Positions 18,337 to 25,210 of a DNA stretch of 32,000 nucleotides are shown here, in pieces (within the stretch, counting starts at the first letter, position 1; the number at the start of each line of letters is the position of its first letter). This DNA is from Pyrodictium abyssi. Lineage in GTDB: Archaea; Thermoproteota; Thermoprotei_A; Sulfolobales; Pyrodictiaceae. The notes beneath the pieces are model-generated. The model did no database searches and was not told where the DNA came from. It worked only from the letters and a program-made list of their open reading frames with translations. The stretch is taken from NCBI RefSeq assembly GCF_036323395.1, contig NZ_AP028907.1, positions 1,560,001 through 1,592,000 of the forward strand, in the 5' to 3' direction. Both the position numbers and the translations under genes were made by a program.

Positions 18337-20031
18337 ATGGACGTGATAGCGGTTTCATTCTTAATAGCCACGATAATAGCCTACATGCTCATAGCCTACC
18401 GTGCACGCGCAACAAGCACAGAAGAGTTCTACGTAGCCGGCCGTAAGGTATCACCAATCCGTAACGGTATGGCTACCGCGGCAGACTGGATGAGCGGTGC
18501 AAGCTTCATATCAATGGCCGGCGCGGTAGCCGCTCTCGGCTACGACGCAAGCGTCTTCCTAATAGGATGGAGCCTTAGCTACGTGCTACTAGCAATGCTC
18601 GTCGCGCCATTCCTACGCAGCTACGGCAAGTACACCATACCAGACTTCTTCGAGGACCGCTACTACAGCAAGAAGGCAAGGCTCTTCGCAGTCATAATGC
18701 TATACGTAGTATCGCTAACATACCTCACTGGCCAGCTACTAGGCGTAGGCATAGTGCTGTCCAGGGCCTTCGGCGTAGACGCCACCATAATGACCCTAAT
18801 AGCGCCGCTACTAGTGCTGCTCTACAGCAGCCTTGGCGGCATGAAGAGCATTACCTGGACACAAGTGGCACAGTACATAGTACTCATATCCGCATACTGG
18901 CTACCAATAGTGCTGATAAGCCACCTATGGAACCCGATACCACACATAGCCTACGGCCAGCACGTAGAGAAGGTAGACAACATAGTAATGGAGCTCAAGG
19001 GCCACGCGTGGACCGAGCCCTTCTGGCGTACCTACGCTAGCGGCACGGGTCAGCTCAACTGGCTACTAAGCACATTAGCGCTAATGCTAGGCACCATGGG
19101 CCTACCCCATGTGCTAATGAGGTTCTACACGGTGCCTAGCGTACGCGACGCACGCAAGAGCGTGGCATGGAGCCTCTTCTTCATAAGCCTGCTATACCTA
19201 ACAGCGCCAGTATACGCAGCGCTAGCAGGCGAGAAAGAGTACCAGCTATACGCTATGGTTAAGCAGCTCGACGGCCAGCCTATCGATGTCGTGAAGCAGG
19301 AGCTGATGAAGGAGCCCTGGGTAAAGAAGTGGATGGAGGCTGGCCTCATAAAGCTAGTTGACAAGAACGGCGACGGCATATTCCAGTACGGGAAGGACGT
19401 CTTCAGCATTCATAAGGACATAGCAGTGCTAGGCCTACCAGACATGTACGGTCTAGGCGCGGTGATAGCCTCAATAATACTAGTAGGCGGTATATCTGCT
19501 GCACTATCAACTGCTGACGGTCTAATACTGGCAATGACTACTGCGGCTACTCGCGACATCTACAAGTCCATAATCAACCCGCGCGCGACTGAAAAGAAGG
19601 AGCTAATGGTGGCAAGAATATCAATGGTAGGCATAGCCTTCATATCCGGTACACTAGCATACCTAATGGCCTCCAACCCGGTGATAAAGGCCTACATAGC
19701 CAAGACAGTAGCCTGGGCGTTCGCGTTCGCCGCGTCAACGCTAACGCCAGCGATGATACTAGGGCTGCACTGGAAGAGGGCCACCAAGGAGGGCGCTATC
19801 GCTGGTATGCTGGCGGGCCTGGCGGTAGCTGTACCCTACGTAGTCGGTGTGTCTCTGGGCTACATGGAGCCGGTGAGCATAGCGGGCCAGAAGATAGGCA
19901 CCATAGCATGGGGCGTGATAGGCTTCATAGTAAACATAGTAGTCAACGTAGTAGTATCGCTAATGACAAGCGAGCCTCCGAAGAAGGTACAGGAGCTTGT
20001 CGAGCAGATTAAGGTCCCAGTGAGAAAGTAA
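18337..20031 (+). CDS. Sodium/solute symporter (SSF family, paired with DUF4212 subunit)
   Basis: 564 aa; EEFYVAGRKVSPIRNGMATAADWMSGASFISMAG; GKYTIPDFFEDRY; GGLGG-like SSLGGMKSITWTQVAQ; GGISAALSTADGLILAMTTAATRDIY. Confidence 0.94.
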   Translation: MDVIAVSFLIATIIAYMLIAYRARATSTEEFYVAGRKVSPIRNGMATAADWMSGASFISMAGAVAALGYDASVFLIGWSLSYVLLAMLVAPFLRSYGKYTIPDFFEDRYYSKKARLFAVIMLYVVSLTYLTGQLLGVGIVLSRAFGVDATIMTLIAPLLVLLYSSLGGMKSITWTQVAQYIVLISAYWLPIVLISHLWNPIPHIAYGQHVEKVDNIVMELKGHAWTEPFWRTYASGTGQLNWLLSTLALMLGTMGLPHVLMRFYTVPSVRDARKSVAWSLFFISLLYLTAPVYAALAGEKEYQLYAMVKQLDGQPIDVVKQELMKEPWVKKWMEAGLIKLVDKNGDGIFQYGKDVFSIHKDIAVLGLPDMYGLGAVIASIILVGGISAALSTADGLILAMTTAATRDIYKSIINPRATEKKELMVARISMVGIAFISGTLAYLMASNPVIKAYIAKTVAWAFAFAASTLTPAMILGLHWKRATKEGAIAGMLAGLAVAVPYVVGVSLGYMEPVSIAGQKIGTIAWGVIGFIVNIVVNVVVSLMTSEPPKKVQELVEQIKVPVRK

Positions 20032-20048
20032 CGCCTGAGGGATCATTT

Positions 20049-21704
20049 ATGAGGGAGAACTCTGTTCCACGCGATATACTCATTTTTTTACAGAGTAAGG
20101 TGTTTCCTCATACCTCGCCTAGGCTTCTTGAGAGTCTGTTGCAGTGTAGCAGGATTATGCTTCTACAGGAAGGCGAGGAGCAGCGCAAGCCCGGGCTCTA
20201 CATAGTCTACAGTGGCTCTATCGCTGTAGACTCTCAGCTTCTCACTGTAGGTGACTATGTTGTCTCTGAGCATGGCGTTCGGGCGGTAGAGGAGACAATA
20301 GTTATATACGCTGACTACGAATGCGCTCGGCCAGTACTTACTCTTGGCGAGGAGGAGCCTTGCCTAGTAGGTGACCTTATCTACCGTGACCCCGTTGTTG
20401 TCGGCCCCGATATGCCCGTCATAGAAGCTGTGAAGAAAATGTACCGTGAAGGCGTATCGTCGATAATAGTAGTGGATGTGGATGGCAGGCCGTTGGGAAT
20501 ATTTACTGATACAGACTTGCGCCGCTTGGTGGCGCTGGGAGAGGACCTTTCTAGGCCGATATCAGCGTACATGACGCCTCAGCCGCTCTCCATAAAAGCT
20601 TCGGCTACGTGCATGGAAGCTGCGTTCGCGATGATGAACCGGTATGTTAAGCATATAGTGGTAGTTGACGATAGTGGTAGAGTTTCGGGGGTCGTTACTG
20701 TTCGCGACATAGCCTATGCTGAGGCTCTTGGCCCGCTCTACATGCTTCGGCGTATCCGGAGCGCCTCTAGTGTTGATGAGCTAGCGCTGCGCTACCGTGA
20801 GCTGGTATCGCTTCTCCGCCGTGAAGCGCGCCGTCTCCATCCCAGCGGTGGTGGCCGTGAAGCTGTCCATATGGTGCGTATGGCTAGCCTAGCTCTGCGT
20901 GGCGTTATGTCTAAGGCTGCAGAGCTAGCTGCTAGAGAGCTCGGCTTACCGGGTGATGGACTAGCTTATCTCTCTCTAGGCAGTAATGGTAGGCTTGAGC
21001 AGTTCCTAGCTAGCGATAGGGATACTATGCTAGTGTACTGGGGGGTAGACGAGCAGAGAGCACGTGTCTTTGCTGAGCGCGTAGAGGATATTCTTGACAG
21101 GATAGGGTTCCCCGGGTGTAGGCATGGCTATACATCGCGTCAGCTGCTCTATTCTCGGGACGAGTTGCTGGAGAAGTTAAGCTCTATGGCTAGGGACCTC
21201 ATGGATGAGAACATTGTATTGTTGAGTATGATGTTTGATGCTGTAGACGTATGGGGGCAGCACGGGACGGCGGAGTGGATTAGGAGGAGTATAGCCGAGC
21301 TCCTTTCGAGGTCGAGTAGCTATATTATGGGCGTTCTGCCGGTGTATCGGCCGAAGCTGGGTTTTGCTGGAAGGCTTCCCCGCGAACTGGACCTCAAAGC
21401 TCATGGGCTAGCACCAGTAGTTTACACGGTCAAAGCTTTTGCCTTAGCTGAGACTGTTTGGGAGCCGGTTAACACGCTTGACAGGTTAATGGCGCTAGTG
21501 GCTAAGGGCGTCGTGCCGAGCGACCTAGCTGCTGACGTTGCTGAGGCTTATCGGATACTATCCGCGTTCATGGTATGGTCGCAAGCTCTTCACGGGAGTA
21601 CTAGGATAGATACTAGCGAGCTTAGTGGATTCGAACGCTCTATACTCCGCTCGGCACTGCGCACAGTTCAACGCTTTGTTGATTATGCGCGAAGGAGGGG
21701 GTGA
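20049..21704 (+). CDS. CBS-domain / DUF294-type putative nucleotidyltransferase with N-terminal cyclic-nucleotide-binding-like region
   Basis: CBS pair (MPVIEAVKKMYREGVSSIIVVDVDGRPLGIFTDTDLRRLV...; ATCMEAAFAMMNRYVKHIVVVDDSGRVSGVVTVRDIA) followed by nucleotidyltransferase motif LGSNGRLEQFLASDRDTMLVYWG. Confidence 0.9.
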   Translation: MRENSVPRDILIFLQSKVFPHTSPRLLESLLQCSRIMLLQEGEEQRKPGLYIVYSGSIAVDSQLLTVGDYVVSEHGVRAVEETIVIYADYECARPVLTLGEEEPCLVGDLIYRDPVVVGPDMPVIEAVKKMYREGVSSIIVVDVDGRPLGIFTDTDLRRLVALGEDLSRPISAYMTPQPLSIKASATCMEAAFAMMNRYVKHIVVVDDSGRVSGVVTVRDIAYAEALGPLYMLRRIRSASSVDELALRYRELVSLLRREARRLHPSGGGREAVHMVRMASLALRGVMSKAAELAARELGLPGDGLAYLSLGSNGRLEQFLASDRDTMLVYWGVDEQRARVFAERVEDILDRIGFPGCRHGYTSRQLLYSRDELLEKLSSMARDLMDENIVLLSMMFDAVDVWGQHGTAEWIRRSIAELLSRSSSYIMGVLPVYRPKLGFAGRLPRELDLKAHGLAPVVYTVKAFALAETVWEPVNTLDRLMALVAKGVVPSDLAADVAEAYRILSAFMVWSQALHGSTRIDTSELSGFERSILRSALRTVQRFVDYARRRG

Positions 21705-21713
21705 TGTATAACG

Positions 21714-22310
21714 GGTGCTAAGGGGTATGCTGCTTTAGACATTGAGTCTACGTGTCTGGATGCCCGGAAATGTAGGATGGTCTCAGCTGCTGTTGTGCCT
21801 TTCACGGGCAATAGCTTGGAGCTATCCCGTGTCGTGTACTACTCTGAGCCCCCGGATGATGGTGTTAGAGGCTCTGCTCTTGTGCACGGTGTGACTAGGT
21901 CGTCTGGAGTTGTCGGCTCTTTTGGCCGGCTTGTGGGCGTTACGAGAGGCCGTATACTTGTAGTGTATGGGCACCATGACGTAGAGTTCTTGAGAGCTGA
22001 GGCTGCGAGGCGAGGGATAGAGATCGGGAAAGTGTGCTATGTGGATGTTCTCTCTTGGGCGCTTAGCGTTCCTAGTGCACATGATGAAGCTGTAAAGAGG
22101 GGGCGCTTCACACTTGATGACGCTCTTGCGGTGCTTATGGGTGTTGAGGTGCCCCGGCGGAGTTTCCACGACCCGGTCAGTGATGCTATACATGTGGCGT
22201 TGCTCTTTATGCATCTAGCTGAGAGGCTTGGAAATCCTCCTGTAAAGTGCTGTAGTGGGAGGGCTAGTTCTAAGCTCCGTCGTGCTCTTGCTAGGCTACT
22301 CAGACTATGA
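21714..22310 (+). CDS. DnaQ-like (DEDD) 3'-5' exonuclease; 5' end unclear
   Basis: The track ORF starts at ATG 21777, but the same frame upstream reads ITGAKGYAALDIESTCLDARKCRMVSAAVVPFTGN, containing the ExoI DxE motif; ExoII-like VVYGHHDVEFLRAEA and ExoIII-like HDPVSDAIHVALLFMHL follow. There is no ATG/GTG/TTG between the in-frame TGA at 21702-21704 and 21777; 21714 is approximate. Confidence 0.8.
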   Translation, partial: GAKGYAALDIESTCLDARKCRMVSAAVVPFTGNSLELSRVVYYSEPPDDGVRGSALVHGVTRSSGVVGSFGRLVGVTRGRILVVYGHHDVEFLRAEAARRGIEIGKVCYVDVLSWALSVPSAHDEAVKRGRFTLDDALAVLMGVEVPRRSFHDPVSDAIHVALLFMHLAERLGNPPVKCCSGRASSKLRRALARLLRL

Positions 22311-22389
22311 TAGGGGGTATTTGTTGCCGGCTTAAGCCCCTATACCCTGGTAGAGTTCTAATACTAGTAGAGCGTATAGCTTATAGTAA

Positions 22390-22480
22390 TGGAGCCCTGG
22401 CTGCCCGCGGCCTCGATGGAGCCGCGGGCGGGCCCGGGGCGGTGACGGGTCGGGCTATATGCTGAGGCCTCTAGGCTCAA
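22390..22480. other. GC-rich structured intergenic element (candidate RNA)
   Basis: 9-bp perfect stem GCCCGCGGC 22403-22411 / GCCGCGGGC 22421-22429 with 9-nt loop CTCGATGGA, followed by further GC-rich sequence and a TGAGGCCT..AGGCTCA inverted repeat. Confidence 0.35.
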
Positions 22481-22569
22481 TGAGGATGTGCCGCGGCTCG
22501 GCGGTCTATTCGACGGACGCGTTAGCTGCATGGTTTGTGTTGACATAGCTATATGGGGTGGATGTGTGA

Positions 22570-22821
22570 ATGACTGGTGAAAGGGTAGTAGCCTTCGTGT
22601 TAGCGGTTACCGAGGTGGGTAAGGAGTACGAGGTTGTGGAAAAGATTAGAGAGGTAGCAAGGCAGGCAGGTGTAGATGTAGAGGCCTATGTGGTCTACGG
22701 GGAGTATGATGTTGCGGCTAAGATAGTAGCTGATGGGCTCAAGAAGGTGGATCGTGCAGTCACTATGATAAGGACTCTGCCTGGTGTAATGCGCACTGTT
22801 ACGCTTATCGCGGCAGAGTAG
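22570..22821 (+). CDS. Stand-alone Lrp/AsnC ligand-binding (RAM) domain protein
   Basis: 83 aa: VVAFVLAVTEVGKEYEVVEKIREVARQAGVDVEAYVVYGEYDVAAKIVADGLKKVDRAVTMIRTLPGVMRTVTLIAAE; no HTH domain. Confidence 0.88.
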   Translation: MTGERVVAFVLAVTEVGKEYEVVEKIREVARQAGVDVEAYVVYGEYDVAAKIVADGLKKVDRAVTMIRTLPGVMRTVTLIAAE

Positions 22822-22825
22822 CTCC

Positions 22826-22838
22826 GAGGGAATCCCTC
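22826..22838 (+). terminator. Possible short hairpin terminator after the Lrp-like gene
   Basis: GAGGG-AAT-CCCTC 5 nt after the stop, with TTTTTAT about 20 nt further. Confidence 0.25.
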
Positions 22839-23052
22839 ATAGTGTACAGCCGTTGCATCGTTTTTATAGCCGGTCAGAGGCGGGTGCTGCTAGGCTCTTG
22901 TCCAGTGGAAGACTCACGGTATGCTGTGTGGTTTAGGCATCCATTTAATTTCTAGCCAGTATGTTGAATACAGCAAGCATCTAGGGTAGCCTGTAGCCTC
23001 GTATGAAGCTCATAACGGGTCTAACGACATACGTTGAGATTAGTTTGCGGCT

Positions 23053-23772
23053 GTGAGGGTTGGTATGGTGTTTGGAAGGATATCTTTTGGCGAGCATAGT
23101 GTTTGTGGAGTACGGTTTAGGCTAGAGCGGTATGGTGATAAGTGTAGTTATAGAAGGGGTAGTGTATCTGCTATTGTGCCGTGTGATGACGTGTACGTCT
23201 ATCCTGTAGCACCGGTATTTTATCCGGAGTATCTAACTAGCTATATCATGATGAGGCTTCGGGAGCCAGTTGTGATTAGAGATGGTGGTGAGGAGGAGTT
23301 CTGGGCTAGACTGGAGTTTGATGTCGCTGTAGTAGTGGGCTCTAGGGATACAGGCTATGAGGTTGTCGATGTGTTTCCGTCGAGTGGAGTGGGCAAGTAT
23401 GCGCTCTATGGCTCTCCTAGCCGCGGGATAATAGCCCGGTTTGTACCCGTAGAGGTTCTTTATGAGCCGTTGGAGGAGCCTTGTAAGGCTCTGGTGAGGG
23501 TTACTGTTCATAACCGATCTATTAGGTCTATCCGTTTGTCTAGGATAGTGTTTCCTGCGCAGCCGTTTAACCTATACTACGATGATGATGGCCGTGTTGT
23601 TGGCTCTAGTCTATATGTAGCGGTTACGAGCCCGTTTACGGCTGTTGTTTCCCTCCGTGAACCGAGTCTGCCGGACGGTTTTCGGAAGACTCCGAGGCTT
23701 CTAGGACAGAAGGGCGGGGTATCGGTGCAGACACGATGGAGCCAGAGCTTTGTCATGAGCTATGGCCTCTAG
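23053..23772 (+). CDS. DUF432-like archaeal hypothetical protein
   Basis: 239 aa beta-rich sequence (MVFGRISFGEHSVCGVRFRLERYGDKCSYRR...EVLYEPLEEPCKALVRVTVHNRSIRSIRLSRIVFP); family assignment from memory of the motif pattern only. Confidence 0.6.
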   Translation: MRVGMVFGRISFGEHSVCGVRFRLERYGDKCSYRRGSVSAIVPCDDVYVYPVAPVFYPEYLTSYIMMRLREPVVIRDGGEEEFWARLEFDVAVVVGSRDTGYEVVDVFPSSGVGKYALYGSPSRGIIARFVPVEVLYEPLEEPCKALVRVTVHNRSIRSIRLSRIVFPAQPFNLYYDDDGRVVGSSLYVAVTSPFTAVVSLREPSLPDGFRKTPRLLGQKGGVSVQTRWSQSFVMSYGL

Positions 23773-24298
23773 CTTCTTCGAGCATTATCAGGGTTATACC
23801 TGCCTCTTCTTTAGAGACTTTGGCTCCGTAGCTCTCTGCTATGCCCTCAACCATGCTTCTAATAGCTTCCTCGCTAGGCCTAGTAGGCGGTAGTAGGACT
23901 ATCTTGTCTTTCTCTCTTATAGCTATCCTTGAGTCCTCTAGTATAATGTCGAGAGCCTCTTCTAGGCTAACGCCTATGCTCCGGAGTAGTGCGCCTAGTT
24001 TTCTCCCCTCAAGCCGTACTTGTTCACCGGCTTCTTCGGGGTTGCAATTGTCTAGTAGGGATAGTGGTAGTAGTGCTACTCCTGCACGCCGCAGCTTACT
24101 GTATATGAGCGCTTTCCGGAGCACTATGGGCGCGAACGAGTTGTTGGTTTCAGCGTCTATGGCGCCGGTTAGTAGTGCTCTCATGTAAGCGGATATGGTC
24201 ATGCCGTGTCTAGCAGCTATATCCTTCACTAAGTCTGCGAGTTCGGAGTCTATCATTATCGGCCTTCGTTTCCGTGCAGCGCTATTCTCCTGCGGCAA
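23753..24298 (-). CDS. Ribbon-helix-helix-type putative regulator (181 aa), paralog A
   Basis: RRPIMIDSELADLVKDIAARHGMTISAYMRALLTGAID (RHH-like N-terminus) plus long uncharacterised C-terminal domain. Confidence 0.75.
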   Translation of the reverse strand: MPQENSAARKRRPIMIDSELADLVKDIAARHGMTISAYMRALLTGAIDAETNNSFAPIVLRKALIYSKLRRAGVALLPLSLLDNCNPEEAGEQVRLEGRKLGALLRSIGVSLEEALDIILEDSRIAIREKDKIVLLPPTRPSEEAIRSMVEGIAESYGAKVSKEEAGITLIMLEEARGHSS

Positions 24299-24372
24299 AG
24301 CAGTCCAGGCCCAGTACCTAGGAATAGTAGAAGCTAGCCTTTATACTAGGAAGCATCCTTGGCGGCGAGGTG

Positions 24373-24969
24373 TCAAGTATTCCGCCTGTATTGGAGGACT
24401 ACTATCGAGCCGTAGTTCTCGACGGACTCTACCCTTAGCCCCCACGCTTCAAGTACTCTTGCCGATACAGCCTTGAGTAGCTCCAGCATGCCTTCGCCCG
24501 GCGGCTCAGCGAGCGTTATAACTATCTTCCCGGTATCGCCTTCGTTTATCTCGTCTATAGAGGCGCTGGGCGCGAAAAGATAGATTAGGTCTTTTACAGT
24601 GACGCTGTCCATGCTGCGTAGCTTGGCAGATACAGCTATAGAGGCAGCGAGCGATTCCACCTCCTTTATAAACTGGTCTCTCACTACAGTGTCAACAGAA
24701 TCCACTAGCTGCGCGAGTCCTCGTTGAGGAACTACTATACCTCCTAGCCGGTGCATATCGGTCAGTAGTACGGCTTCGGTGAAGATTGAGGAAATGTTAT
24801 CCTTACCGTGTAGGGTGCGTGTTGCGAAAGAGAGTATGAGCGTGACTAGCTCTGAGATAGTTAGCCCAGAGCGCTTAGCTATCATGGCTAGGTCGTTTAG
24901 CAGACTCTCGGGTATTGCTATAAGCTTCTTTGAGCCCTTGGGACCCGGCATCTGGAGGCCCTCTCCCAA
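24373..24969 (-). CDS. Ribbon-helix-helix-type putative regulator (198 aa), paralog B
   Basis: SKKLIAIPESLLNDLAMIAKRSGLTISELVTLILSFATRTL; same overall layout as the adjacent 181 aa ORF. Confidence 0.75.
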   Translation of the reverse strand: MGEGLQMPGPKGSKKLIAIPESLLNDLAMIAKRSGLTISELVTLILSFATRTLHGKDNISSIFTEAVLLTDMHRLGGIVVPQRGLAQLVDSVDTVVRDQFIKEVESLAASIAVSAKLRSMDSVTVKDLIYLFAPSASIDEINEGDTGKIVITLAEPPGEGMLELLKAVSARVLEAWGLRVESVENYGSIVVLQYRRNT

Positions 24970-25210
24970 GCTTTACGTGTACGTCGTAAGGGGGCCAGCG
25001 TGTTCCGGGATAGTAGTCCCGCTAGGCTAACAAAGTTAAACGCTAGTTATAGCTTCCCGTGAGCCCGGCTACAACGCGTGATTGTGCAAAAGGCTTCTTC
25101 CTTGTTTGTTGTTGGTGCTTGGTGCTCTGCACACAGTAAGTATAGAGATAGTATAGGCTAAAAAGCGTCATGTATAGGGTGCGTTTACTAGTCGCTGCAT
25201 CGATGGATAT

